This document shows positions 22,917-32,347 of a stretch of 64,000 nt of DNA, one piece after another. Source of the DNA: Thermodesulfobacteriota bacterium. GTDB lineage: Bacteria > Desulfobacterota > Binatia > Bin18. The notes under the pieces were generated by a model. The model did not search any database. It was given only the letters and a program-made list of their open reading frames with translations, and was not told the origin of the DNA. Each line of letters begins with the position of its first letter. Positions within the stretch are counted from its first letter, which is position 1. Position numbers and translations under genes: made by a program. The stretch is taken from the NCBI GenBank assembly GCA_964291405.2, contig OZ219926.1, positions 2,464,001 through 2,528,000 on the forward strand, read 5' to 3'.

Positions 22917-23804
22917 TCATCCTTTTAAGCGCTGTACAAGCCCCTCTAGCTCGTCATTGGAATAATATTCAATTTCTATCTTTCCCCCCTTTTTCCGAGA
23001 AACGAGTCTCACCTTGGTTCCCAGGGCACGGGTCAGGTCTTCTTCAACCGCCTTCAGGTAAACATCCGTCCTTTGGATAACCGTCGGTTTCTCCGGAGCG
23101 GACGACTCAACCGATGGCTCCTCGATAATATTGGACTGTGAGACAAGGGTTTCTGTCGCGCGTACAGAAAGACCATCTGCCATAATACGCCGGGACATTT
23201 CCAGTTGCTGCTCTGGCATATTCAACGCGAGCAGGGCGCGCGCATGGCCCACCGTGAGGGTCCCTTTGTCGACGTTTTCTTTTATTTCCTCAGGAAGATT
23301 CAAAACGCGCAGAAGATTGGTCACGACAGGGCGGCTTTTGCCAACGCGCTGCGCAACCTGCTCTTGAGTGAGATGAAACTCCTCCATAAGCTGCCGGTAG
23401 GCAAGAGCCTCTTCTATAGGGGTGAGTTCCTCGCGCTGAATATTTTCGACCAGCGCCATTTCGAGACTTTCTGCGTCGCTGACCTCCTTAACGATGACTG
23501 GAACACGTTCCAACTGGGCATGCTGTGCTGCACGAAATCGTCTTTCCCCAAGGATTAACTCATATCCCTGCGGTATTTTTCTGACCACCAGCGGTTGCAA
23601 AATGCCTTGGTTGCGGATGGATTCCGAAAGCTCCGCAATCTTCGCTTCATTAAAATAGCGTCGCGGCTGTCTGGGATTCGGTCGGATTTCGGAAATGGGA
23701 ACCTGACGCTCGGCTGGAGTATCGAGTGATGTCCCCTTGGGAATCAGTGCACCCAAACCCCTGCCAAGGGGACGCCTTTTTACGTGTACGGCAACGTCAC
23801 TCAT
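22917..23804 (-). CDS. parB: Chromosome partitioning protein ParB
   Basis: LGRGLGALI, PNPRQPR, GERRFRA, ENIQRE, HTH. Confidence 0.97.
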   Translation of the reverse strand: MSDVAVHVKRRPLGRGLGALIPKGTSLDTPAERQVPISEIRPNPRQPRRYFNEAKIAELSESIRNQGILQPLVVRKIPQGYELILGERRFRAAQHAQLERVPVIVKEVSDAESLEMALVENIQREELTPIEEALAYRQLMEEFHLTQEQVAQRVGKSRPVVTNLLRVLNLPEEIKENVDKGTLTVGHARALLALNMPEQQLEMSRRIMADGLSVRATETLVSQSNIIEEPSVESSAPEKPTVIQRTDVYLKAVEEDLTRALGTKVRLVSRKKGGKIEIEYYSNDELEGLVQRLKG

Positions 23805-24697
23805 CCTTCACCACCCTCTTCCTCTCCCAGTGAGCGAACGCTCATTGTTGTGTGAGTATCTGGTGTTGCTGCAACCGTTGTTGTGGAACCAAAATCTCTC
23901 TCCGCACGAATCCACTCTTCGGGCTCTCGCCTGAGCATCTCCTGAGCAAGGTCCATATAACTCTTCGCACCACGGCAAGATGGATCGTACAAGAGAATAG
24001 GAAGACCGTGGCTGGGACTCTCACTTAACCGGACATTGCGGGGGATAACAGACTCAAAGACGTATTGAGGAAAGAATTCCCGGATTTCTTCGGCGACTTG
24101 GTGGCAGAGCCGATTGCGCGCGTCGAACATTGTCAGCAGGAGACCTTCGATGGCAAGGTCCGGATTGAGTCTCTCACGAATGATGTCGAGTGTCTCTATC
24201 AGTGACCGTAGCCCCTCAAGGGCGTAGTACTCACACTGGAGAGGTATGAGGACGCTATCTGCCGCGGTCAGAGAATTCACAGTGAGGAGGCCGAGCGAGG
24301 GTGGACAATCGAGAAAAATATAGCGATAGGCAGAGCCATATTGCCGAATAAGGGTCCGCAGGCGATATTCTCTGTCTTCGATGTTGAGGAGTTCAACTTC
24401 CGCTCCTATCAGGTCATGATTGGCGGGAAGAACGTCAAGTTTTTCAATGGCTGTCTTCTGAACCACTTCCTGGAGCGTACACTCCCCGAGGAGGAGCTGA
24501 TAAACGGTCGCCGCATTCTCGTCAGGACGAGCACCTACACCACTGGAAGCATTCCCTTGAGGATCACAGTCAATAAGGAGGGTTTTTGCTCCAGATATAC
24601 CTATGGCAGCCGAAAGGTTGATAGCAGTCGTGGTCTTCCCAACCCCACCCTTCCGATTCGCTATACAAATGGTCCTGGCCACAAGGCTCAGTAGCAC
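23801..24697 (-). CDS. parA: ParA/Soj ATPase (start could be GTG 24682)
   Basis: NRKGGVGKTTT, DCDPQGNAS, DCPPSLG, PRNVRLSESPSHG. Confidence 0.96.
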   Translation of the reverse strand: MLLSLVARTICIANRKGGVGKTTTAINLSAAIGISGAKTLLIDCDPQGNASSGVGARPDENAATVYQLLLGECTLQEVVQKTAIEKLDVLPANHDLIGAEVELLNIEDREYRLRTLIRQYGSAYRYIFLDCPPSLGLLTVNSLTAADSVLIPLQCEYYALEGLRSLIETLDIIRERLNPDLAIEGLLLTMFDARNRLCHQVAEEIREFFPQYVFESVIPRNVRLSESPSHGLPILLYDPSCRGAKSYMDLAQEMLRREPEEWIRAERDFGSTTTVAATPDTHTTMSVRSLGEEEGGEG

Positions 24698-24768
24698 ATT
24701 CCCGGAAACAAGGGAAGATTATAGAGAATGTCGTGTATCTTCTGTTGGTTGGGGAAGGATCTGAGCCA

Positions 24769-24784
24769 TGTGTCACGTGAAACA
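24769..24784. promoter_or_regulatory. parS site 1
   Basis: TGTTTCACGTGACACA on - strand, one mismatch to TGTTTCACGTGAAACA; upstream of parA. Confidence 0.85.
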
Positions 24785-24793
24785 TGACGGAAA

Positions 24794-24809
24794 TGTGTCA
24801 CGTGAAACA
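24794..24809. promoter_or_regulatory. parS site 2 (overlaps rsmG stop)
   Basis: Identical 16-mer, 25 bp from site 1. Confidence 0.85.
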
Positions 24810-25466
24810 TTTCTTTCTGAAAAAAAGAGCATATCTGTCTCCTTCACCAAAGGGGAGTTGGTATTTATCTACGGTCTCCTGTACGAAGCCGTCATGAGGG
24901 GAGTGATCTTCTCCTGCGGTTCCGCCGCCTTTCTTGTGGGGACCTCGCATTGCTACCGCATAGCCCCCTTTTTTCACAATCGGAAGGCAGAGGGTCAGGA
25001 AGTGAGCCATATCCCAGGTCGCCCGTGTGACAACAGTATCGAACCAAGCGGGCCTCCTATCCTGTAGAGCGAACTCTTCGGCTCTCCCTTCAAACACGCG
25101 TATATTCTCTACGCCCGTCATTCTGACTACCTGTCTCAGAAAGTTTGCTCTTTTTCTTCGGGCCTCGATGAGAAAAATCTCTCTTTTCTGCCCGGCTACG
25201 CCAAGTACCAATCCTGGAAACCCGGCTCCACTCCCAAGGTCGGCAAAAACACCCTGCCCCGGAAGAATGTACGAAAAGGCAAGAGAGTCAAGAATATGCT
25301 TTCGAATAATTGTTTTTACATCAGGCTGGCCGACGAGATTGAAGACCTGAGCCCAGCGCTGAAGTTCATCTATGTACAGGGATAGAGTGTGGAACGACTG
25401 TGGAGCAAGCGATATTCGTAACGCCCTCGTGCCCTGCTCTAAGAGAGAAAGGCTCTCTTTATCCAT
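24798..25466 (-). CDS. rsmG: 16S rRNA m7G527 methyltransferase
   Basis: KHILDSL, DLGSGAGFPG, RAEE, VTRA. Confidence 0.95.
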   Translation of the reverse strand: MDKESLSLLEQGTRALRISLAPQSFHTLSLYIDELQRWAQVFNLVGQPDVKTIIRKHILDSLAFSYILPGQGVFADLGSGAGFPGLVLGVAGQKREIFLIEARRKRANFLRQVVRMTGVENIRVFEGRAEEFALQDRRPAWFDTVVTRATWDMAHFLTLCLPIVKKGGYAVAMRGPHKKGGGTAGEDHSPHDGFVQETVDKYQLPFGEGDRYALFFRKKCFT

Positions 25467-27385
25467 TACACGGCGGCTCCCGTGCGTTTCAGGTGAATGG
25501 CCAGTAACGATACGGCTGCGGGCGTTACCCCGGGGATACGCGACGCTTGACCCAGCGAGCGGGGGCGCAAGGTCAGGAGTTTTTCTTTGACTTCGTTTGA
25601 GAGACCTTGGACATCCGTGTAATCAATCTCATTCGGAATAAGGGCCTCTTCCATATGCCGGACCCTGTTTACTCCCTCTTCCTGACGGCGTATGTAGCCA
25701 GAATACTTTACTTCTATCTCCACCTCGGCCCCAACTCCTGTGGAGAGGGGAGTGGGTGACAGGCTGATGGACTGGACATCTCCGAAGGACAGTTCAGGGC
25801 GGCGAAGCAATTTTGCAAGCGATGTCGGCGTTTTAATCTCTGCCGTACCTAAAGCCGATAATTGGGTATTCACTGTGTCGTTTGGGGTTAGTATAGTGTC
25901 CTCTAGACGTTGAACCTCCTGTGCAATTTCTTCTTTTTTCCTCAGCGTCCGCTCGGCCAATCTTCCATCTATGAGTCCGATTCTCCGTCCGAATTCGCTC
26001 AGCCTCACATCTGCATTGTCTTCCCTGAGTAACAGCCGATGCTCAGCACGAGAAGTAAACATCCGGTAGGGCTCTCCTCCTACTCCTTTCGTGACCAAAT
26101 CGTCTATAAGAACGCCAATATAGGCTTGATCTCGGGAAAAAATGAGGGGGTTATCACCTTGAACCTTCATTGTGGCGTTAATTCCGGCCATTATTCCTTG
26201 TGCCGCAGCCTCCTCATAGCCCGTTGTCCCGTTAATCTGACCGGCGAAGTAGAGGCCCGATACCAGCTTGGTTTCCAAAGTCTGCGTGAGTTGGGTCGGG
26301 TCGGCATAGTCATATTCAATGGCATAGCCGGGGCGCATGATCTCTGCATCCTCTAACCCTTGTATTGAACGGACCACGGCGAGCTGCACATCCAGTGGCA
26401 GACTTGTCGAAAGGCCATTTGGATAGACTTCGACTGTATCTCGCCCTTCTGGTTCGAGAAAAATCTGGTGACGAGGTTTCTCCTTAAAACGAATGACTTT
26501 ATCCTCAATCGATGGACAATAACGCGGCCCTCTGCCTTCAATCACACCGGAATACAGGGGTGAGCGGTCAAGTCCTGCGGCAATGGTCTGGTGCGTTTTC
26601 TCATTCGTATACGTCATATGACACGGCAATTGTTCCTGGGTGATTGCCTCCGTTGAAAAGGATAAGGCCGGTGGAGGGGTATCCCCGTACTGTGGCTCCA
26701 AAATGTCATAATTGATCGTTCGATTGTCCAAGCGCGGACAGGTGCCGGTTTTGAGCCGACCAATATGAAAACCAAGTTCGCTCAGATGGCTGCTTAATCC
26801 TTCAACGGCAAAGTCCCCCGCTCGTCCTGCTGCGTAATTTTTAAGGCCAACGTGTATGAGACCCTTGAGAAAGGTTCCGGTCGTCAGAATAACGGTCTGT
26901 GCTGAGAAGGACTCACCTATCTGAGTGATCACTCCTCTGACTCTGCTGTTCTGAAGAGGAAACGTGTCCAGCATATCATGTCTATTGGAGGAAACGTTTC
27001 CTCTTTCAACCCTGAGGCGTTCCACACTGCCCTGGCGCAGGGTGAGATTGGGCGTGGTTTCAACCACTCTCTTCATACGCTGCCGATAGAGGGCCTTGTC
27101 CGCTTGCGCACGCGTCGCGCGAACGGCCGGCCCTTTGCGTGTGTTCAAGACACGGAACTGAATGCCTGTCTCATCAATGGCGCGGGCCATTTCCCCACCA
27201 AGCGCATCAATCTCCCGCACCAAATGGCTTTTGCCCATCCCTCCAATAGCCGGATTGCATGACATCTGACCGATGTGATCAAGGTTCAGCGTCAGCATCA
27301 GAGTCTTACTGCCAAGACGTGCCGCCGCCAGAGCCGCCTCGATCCCGGCATGGCCAGCGCCAACAACGATAACATCATAGTCCAT
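25466..27385 (-). CDS. mnmG: tRNA modification enzyme MnmG/GidA with 18-aa repeat-derived insertion
   Basis: [42 protein letters not shown]. Confidence 0.98.
   Translation of the reverse strand: MDYDVIVVGAGHAGIEAALAAARLGSKTLMLTLNLDHIGQMSCNPAIGGMGKSHLVREIDALGGEMARAIDETGIQFRVLNTRKGPAVRATRAQADKALYRQRMKRVVETTPNLTLRQGSVERLRVERGNVSSNRHDMLDTFPLQNSRVRGVITQIGESFSAQTVILTTGTFLKGLIHVGLKNYAAGRAGDFAVEGLSSHLSELGFHIGRLKTGTCPRLDNRTINYDILEPQYGDTPPPALSFSTEAITQEQLPCHMTYTNEKTHQTIAAGLDRSPLYSGVIEGRGPRYCPSIEDKVIRFKEKPRHQIFLEPEGRDTVEVYPNGLSTSLPLDVQLAVVRSIQGLEDAEIMRPGYAIEYDYADPTQLTQTLETKLVSGLYFAGQINGTTGYEEAAAQGIMAGINATMKVQGDNPLIFSRDQAYIGVLIDDLVTKGVGGEPYRMFTSRAEHRLLLREDNADVRLSEFGRRIGLIDGRLAERTLRKKEEIAQEVQRLEDTILTPNDTVNTQLSALGTAEIKTPTSLAKLLRRPELSFGDVQSISLSPTPLSTGVGAEVEIEVKYSGYIRRQEEGVNRVRHMEEALIPNEIDYTDVQGLSNEVKEKLLTLRPRSLGQASRIPGVTPAAVSLLAIHLKRTGAAV
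26953..27006 (-). repeat. Palindromic element copy 3 (54 bp), in-frame inside mnmG
   Basis: AAAGAGGAAACGTTTCC-TCCAATAGACATGATATGCT-GGACACGTTTCCTCTTC encodes (E)[17 protein letters not shown]. Confidence 0.92.
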
Positions 27386-27395
27386 GGGTCTTCAC

Positions 27396-28847
27396 CTATT
27401 TCCCGATACAGAAATCTTGAAACACGCGGTCGAGTATCTCCTCGCTGCTGACCTGGCCCGTTATTGCGCCAATATGGTCAAGGCTTGCGCGAAGATCAAC
27501 AGCGATCAGGTCAAGGGGGAGGCCTGCCGCCAACCCCTGCTCTGCACCCTTTAGGCTTTCCACAGCTTTTTCAAGGGCAACTTTATGCCGTATTTTCGTA
27601 ATCATAACACCCCTATACGGACCTTCGCCTTCCCCTCCAGGTTGCTGCTTCCCCAGAGCGACCTCTTGTATTCTGTCTCCCAAGTCGTCAACCCCAGTCC
27701 CGTACAGCGCAGCCATGTGAAGAAGAGGAAACGTGTCAATAGCCTTGTATGATTTGGAGGGCACGCTTCCTCTTTGAGGCGCTTCAGTATCCAGACGGTC
27801 TAACAGATCGGTCACATCAAATTTCTGAGGGAGATCACTCTTATTCCCCACCAGGACAAACTTCTTTCCTTGAATCTTTTCACAGATGAGAGCGTCATCC
27901 GCATCGAACGGTCGGGAGAGGTCGAAAAGTGCTAAAATAATCTCTGCTTGTTCAATGCTGGACAGGCTGCGCTCAATGCCGATCTTCTCAATCTCATCCG
28001 TTGTCCGACGAATCCCAGCGGTGTCCCGCACGACGAGGGGAATCTCGTTCACGAGCACGGATTCCTCGAGCACATCTCGTGTCGTCCCAGGGACCTGGGT
28101 GACAATGGCTCGCTCTGTGTCTGCCAGCAGGTTGAGCAGGCTCGACTTACCGACATTCGGCTTCCCAATAATAGCGGTCACGATCCCGTCGCGATAGACT
28201 TTTCCTTGGGAGAAGGTCGCTGCGAGGGCCTCTATATCGATCCGAATTGAAGAGAAAGCTGAGCTGAGCTCCTTTTGGTTGTGTTCAGGGATATCGTCTT
28301 CAGGGAAATCGATAAACGCTTCCAGGTAGGCCGTCTGGGTAATGAGGCGGTCCCGAATGGCCGAGCACGCCTGGGAGAGTCGGCCTGATAAATCCCTCCA
28401 GGCAAGATGTAAGCCCGTCTCATTATTCGCGTGAATGAGGTCGAGTACAGCCTCAGCCTGTATGAGATCGAGGCGACCGTTGAGAAATGCACGTTTTGTA
28501 AACTCACCTGGCTGGGCGGGACGAGCCCCCTGATTGAGGATCGCTTCCAATATCCGACGAGTCAGGAAACTGCCGCCATGGAGATGTAGCTCAGCGATGT
28601 GTTCCCCAGTATAGCTGTGAGGGGAGCGCATCAGGATCAGGCCGGCGTGGTCAATTGGCTGGCCGTTCGGCTGATCCAGAATCTTGCCAAGATAGAAATG
28701 GTGGGAATGGAGTTTTTCCCAAGACGGCCGGGGGAGAAAAAGCTGTCTAACTATTCTTTCTGCGTCCGCGCCACTGACTCGGATAACGGCGATCCCGCCC
28801 TGGCCTGAGGGAGTCGCAATAGCAGCAATCGTATCATGCTCGTACAC
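27396..28847 (-). CDS. mnmE: tRNA modification GTPase MnmE with 18-aa repeat-derived insertion
   Basis: DTIAAIATP, GKPNVGKSS, GTTRD, DTAG, NKSD, FCIGK. Confidence 0.98.
   Translation of the reverse strand: MYEHDTIAAIATPSGQGGIAVIRVSGADAERIVRQLFLPRPSWEKLHSHHFYLGKILDQPNGQPIDHAGLILMRSPHSYTGEHIAELHLHGGSFLTRRILEAILNQGARPAQPGEFTKRAFLNGRLDLIQAEAVLDLIHANNETGLHLAWRDLSGRLSQACSAIRDRLITQTAYLEAFIDFPEDDIPEHNQKELSSAFSSIRIDIEALAATFSQGKVYRDGIVTAIIGKPNVGKSSLLNLLADTERAIVTQVPGTTRDVLEESVLVNEIPLVVRDTAGIRRTTDEIEKIGIERSLSSIEQAEIILALFDLSRPFDADDALICEKIQGKKFVLVGNKSDLPQKFDVTDLLDRLDTEAPQRGSVPSKSYKAIDTFPLLHMAALYGTGVDDLGDRIQEVALGKQQPGGEGEGPYRGVMITKIRHKVALEKAVESLKGAEQGLAAGLPLDLIAVDLRASLDHIGAITGQVSSEEILDRVFQDFCIGK
27722..27775 (-). 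repeat. Palindromic element copy 4 (54 bp), in-frame inside mnmE
   Basis: AAAGAGGAAGCGTGCCC-TCCAAATCATACAAGGCTAT-TGACACGTTTCCTCTTC encodes (Q)RGSVPSKSYKAIDTFPL. Confidence 0.9.
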
Positions 28848-28855
28848 AACTCTTC

Positions 28856-28908
28856 AAAGAGTAAACATGTCCTCCAATAGATACAAGTTGTTGACACGTT
28901 TACTCTTT
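28856..28908 (+). repeat. Palindromic element copy 5 (53 bp), jag-mnmE intergenic
   Basis: AAAGAGTAAACATGTCC-TCCAATAGATACAAGTTGT-TGACACGTTTACTCTTT. Confidence 0.9.
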
Positions 28909-28918
28909 ATGCCACGGG

Positions 28919-29713
28919 TCACGAGCGAGCCGCCCGCCGGTCTCGATCCCGACGAGGACTGCCGGTTTCCTCAGGAACAATAGAGAGACGACGGAAATAC
29001 CCACGCCCCATGCTTTTTGTCACAACAAGCGGGTCGTCTTCGAGCACCAAATGGACGACACGACGGTCTCGAGGACTCAGCGGATTCAGGGTAACCGTTT
29101 TTCGTCGCCGCTTCGCCCGCTCGCTCAAACGAAGGGCCAAGCTTTCAAGACTCTGGCGGCGACGTTCACGATAGCCCTCGGCGTCCAAGATGATATGCGC
29201 CTCTTCCTCTTCTCCACGGGCGACCATGCGGTTGAGAAGATATTCGAGGGCATCAAGCGTTTGCCCCTTCCGTCCAATGAGTAAGCCATCGACGGTATCT
29301 TCAAGATTAATAACGGCTTCTGTCCCTTGGACGTCGAGTGAGACGGGGGCCTCTACACCCATAAGACGTAGGGTTTCTGAGAGTATCTGACGGGCATTTT
29401 CTCTTGTCTCCTTGGAAACGGGAACGGGCTGGACGACTGATTCTCCAGAAGGAGCACGACGTCGCGCTGTTCTCCCTCTCTCCTGAGGAGATTCATCAAT
29501 ACTGGCCGGAGCCGCAGATGCAGGCTCCTGAACCGAAACAGGATTTCTCAACGTCGCTCGGACGCGCGCCTTCCTCCCGCCAATACCGAGGAAACCCTTT
29601 GTAGCCTGAGCGAGGACTTCTATTTCCACCTGCTCTCTGTCTGCTTGGAGTTGGGTTAGGGCTGCTGCAACCGCCGCTTCTATAGTCGATCCTTCCGCTT
29701 CAATTGCACTCAT
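28919..29713 (-). CDS. jag: Jag/EloR/KhpB RNA-binding protein
   Basis: Jag_N KGFLGIG, KH GLLIGRKGQTLDAL, R3H RRVVH. Confidence 0.93.
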   Translation of the reverse strand: MSAIEAEGSTIEAAVAAALTQLQADREQVEIEVLAQATKGFLGIGGRKARVRATLRNPVSVQEPASAAPASIDESPQERGRTARRRAPSGESVVQPVPVSKETRENARQILSETLRLMGVEAPVSLDVQGTEAVINLEDTVDGLLIGRKGQTLDALEYLLNRMVARGEEEEAHIILDAEGYRERRRQSLESLALRLSERAKRRRKTVTLNPLSPRDRRVVHLVLEDDPLVVTKSMGRGYFRRLSIVPEETGSPRRDRDRRAARS

Positions 29714-29731
29714 TGTGTCTTTCCTCTTTGA

Positions 29732-29785
29732 AAAGAGTAAACGCGTCCTCCAATAACATGCAGATGCTGGACACGTTTACTCTTT
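29732..29785 (+). repeat. Palindromic element copy 6 (54 bp), yidC-jag intergenic
   Basis: AAAGAGTAAACGCGTCC-TCCAATAACATGCAGATGCT-GGACACGTTTACTCTTT. Confidence 0.9.
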
Positions 29786-31471
29786 TTATCCATATGTTCT
29801 CGTATACCAGTGCTGCTGGGCGACACTCAGGACATTATTGATAAGCCAGTACAGCACCAGTCCGGCTGGAAAATTAATGAACATCACCGTAAAGATGACC
29901 GGCATGAGGAGCATCATCTTCTGCTGGATCGGATCTCCGGTGGTTGGCATCATCATCTGCTGGATGATCATCGACCCCCCCATAAGTAAGGTCAGCACCG
30001 GGATACCTGGAGGATCAACGAAAGGAATGGCAAGCGCGCCCAAGCGGTCTGGCTGAGACAGGTCTTCAATCCAGCCGAAAAATGGAGCTTGTCTCAATTC
30101 AATGGCGTACAAAAGCCCCTGATACAGGCCGATGAACACCGGGAGCTGTACAATCATGGGGAGACACCCACCGAGCGGATTCACTTCGTACCGCTTATAC
30201 AGTTCCATCATTTCCTGGTTCAGCTTTTGTCGGTCCTCCTTATATTGCTCACGGAGTCTTTCTATCTGCGGCTGGAGTTTCTTCATCGCTGACATGGACT
30301 TGAAGCTCTTATTACTGAGCGGGAAGAATACCAGTTTAACCAGGACAGTGAGTAAGATAATAGCAATGCCGTAGTTCCCGGTCACCCCATACAGGAGTCT
30401 CAGAAGAGAGACTAACGGCCGGGCAATAAAGTGGGACCAGCCAAAATCGATGGCCCGGTCAAAGGCCGGGTCAACCGCATTCAGGGCATCCGTATCCTTC
30501 GGACCAACATACAGGGTGTAGGAGACCGCCTCCCCGCTCCAGGGAGTCGAGAGGCGTGTTTCTAGGGTCTTGTCTTCATCACGAAAGAAGAGCTGGGCCG
30601 TTTCAATATCTCGAGGCATTATGCCGGCCAAGAAATAACTGTTTGTGAATCCTGCCCAACGAACATCCCCCGGCCCGTATGAGTCTCCGGCTTCCCAATC
30701 CCAGGCGTTTTCATATTCAAAGGTCCGGCCCATCAGCGCAACCGGCCCGTAGACGTCATAATAGGTAGATTTCCCTTCTGAACGTGAGCCTTCGAGCCAG
30801 GATATAGAGAGGGTCGAAGCCTGAAAAGGAACCTGCGTGACATCGACGCTGAGACCTATGCCATACCCTTCGCCGGAAAAAGTAAAGGTTTTGGTAAAAG
30901 TTGCCCCATTCGCCAGCGACCCTCTAAACACGAGATCCTTATCAGATCCCGCCGGCACAAAGAGCCGTTCTCCTGCGGGGACCCCCTTCACGGTATACGG
31001 CAGTGTATCATCACTGAGAGTGATATCTTTGCCGCTCAGGCTCAGGACGAAGGGCAGCTCTCCATAGGTCCCGGCGATGACCATTTCCAATAGCGGACTG
31101 TCTGGACTAAGCGTCACCGGATACTGTTTGAGGCGGAAGCTTTTGATACGTCCGCCCACGGAAGTAAAAACAGCAATATACGTGTCTGTTTCAACTGTTA
31201 TGTCCTGTTCCACGGGAGCGGGGGAAACTCTTGAGGTGGGCTGGGGCATACCGGAAGTCTGTTCTTCTTGTTGTTCAACATCGGTCCGGCGGCGCTCCGA
31301 AAGGAGTTGGGGCTGTTGATCTGAAGGAGTGGCTGATTCCGAGTCGACCAATGGCTGTTGAGTCTGGGGCTGGAGAGGGTCAGGCGGTGGGTAAAGATAG
31401 GAGATCAGTGACTGATACCCGATAAGAATGAGGATACAGAGGACAATAGCGAGGAGACTCTTGTTATCCAT
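29786..31471 (-). CDS. yidC: Membrane protein insertase YidC
   Basis: IDFGW, NYGIAIILLT, NPLGGCLP, PAGLVLYW. Confidence 0.97.
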   Translation of the reverse strand: MDNKSLLAIVLCILILIGYQSLISYLYPPPDPLQPQTQQPLVDSESATPSDQQPQLLSERRRTDVEQQEEQTSGMPQPTSRVSPAPVEQDITVETDTYIAVFTSVGGRIKSFRLKQYPVTLSPDSPLLEMVIAGTYGELPFVLSLSGKDITLSDDTLPYTVKGVPAGERLFVPAGSDKDLVFRGSLANGATFTKTFTFSGEGYGIGLSVDVTQVPFQASTLSISWLEGSRSEGKSTYYDVYGPVALMGRTFEYENAWDWEAGDSYGPGDVRWAGFTNSYFLAGIMPRDIETAQLFFRDEDKTLETRLSTPWSGEAVSYTLYVGPKDTDALNAVDPAFDRAIDFGWSHFIARPLVSLLRLLYGVTGNYGIAIILLTVLVKLVFFPLSNKSFKSMSAMKKLQPQIERLREQYKEDRQKLNQEMMELYKRYEVNPLGGCLPMIVQLPVFIGLYQGLLYAIELRQAPFFGWIEDLSQPDRLGALAIPFVDPPGIPVLTLLMGGSMIIQQMMMPTTGDPIQQKMMLLMPVIFTVMFINFPAGLVLYWLINNVLSVAQQHWYTRTYG

Positions 31472-31498
31472 AGAAACTTCAAATGCCCGCAAAATGAG

Positions 31499-31777
31499 TT
31501 AGGGGACGAGATCGACTCCGCCCGGATGCCATGGGTGGCATTTGGCGAGACGTCGAATCGTGAGAATCAGCCCCCTAAGCGTCCCATGCTTGCGTACGGC
31601 GTGCAGAGCGTACTGAGAGCAGCTGGGATAGAAGCGACAGGCCGGACCGATCAGCGGAGAGATGAAGAGGCGATAGCCCTTGAGTCCGCCCACAACTAAC
31701 AACTGGCCTAGACGAGAGACTGCTGTGACGCATGACGGGCCGGAAAAGTGAGAGATTTCACTGCGTGCGTTGAGCAA
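31499..31777 (-). CDS. yidD: Membrane protein insertion efficiency factor (start uncertain)
   Basis: YRLFISP..CRFYPSCSQYA..KCHPWHPGGVD. Confidence 0.92.
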   Translation of the reverse strand: MLNARSEISHFSGPSCVTAVSRLGQLLVVGGLKGYRLFISPLIGPACRFYPSCSQYALHAVRKHGTLRGLILTIRRLAKCHPWHPGGVDLVP

Positions 31778-32288
31778 TGGGAAGCACCCTCTCTAGTTCG
31801 GTAACGATCTGGGCAAAAGTTAACTCCTGCGCGCGTGATTTGGGAATAATAAGAATATCTCGTGTCGGGGATATACGCGCCTGCCGGACTCGAAAAAACT
31901 CGCGCAACCTTCTCTTCATTTGATTCCGCATGACCGCCTTGCCATAGCGCCGTGAGGCTGTCACCCCAAGGCGCGGACGGGCGGTACGGGCGGGCGAGGT
32001 AATAACAATAAAATTGCGACTATACCGGCGTTCTCCTCGTCTTTGGAGGGCGAGAAATTCTCGGCGAACACGCAGACGTGCTGCTTTGGGAAATGTGTAT
32101 CGGACCGTGCGAGTAGCTAGCGGCGCGCCGGCTTGAGCGGTGTCCGTACACTGAGGAGTTTGCGCCCTTTCGTGCGCCGCCTCTTGATAACCGCACGACC
32201 CCCAGCTGTCCTCATCCGAACGAGAAACCCGTGCGTACGCTTTCGACTGGTATTGCTTGGTTGATAGGTCCTTTTCATCGATATTCAT
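31758..32288 (-). CDS. rnpA: Ribonuclease P protein; only canonical start lies upstream of rpmH, giving an N-terminal extension of about 60 aa
   Basis: [32 protein letters not shown] (RNR-like motif). Confidence 0.9.
   Translation of the reverse strand: MNIDEKDLSTKQYQSKAYARVSRSDEDSWGSCGYQEAAHERAQTPQCTDTAQAGAPLATRTVRYTFPKAARLRVRREFLALQRRGERRYSRNFIVITSPARTARPRLGVTASRRYGKAVMRNQMKRRLREFFRVRQARISPTRDILIIPKSRAQELTFAQIVTELERVLPIAQRTQ
32117..32278 (-). CDS. rpmH: 50S ribosomal protein L34 (53 aa, absent from ORF track)
   Basis: [44 protein letters not shown]. Confidence 0.97.
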   Translation of the reverse strand: MKRTYQPSNTSRKRTHGFLVRMRTAGGRAVIKRRRTKGRKLLSVRTPLKPARR

Positions 32289-32347
32289 CCGTTCCTAGTG
32301 TGCTGTGCTCAGTTAGCCATCCATATCACCATACCGCTCCCAAGATG

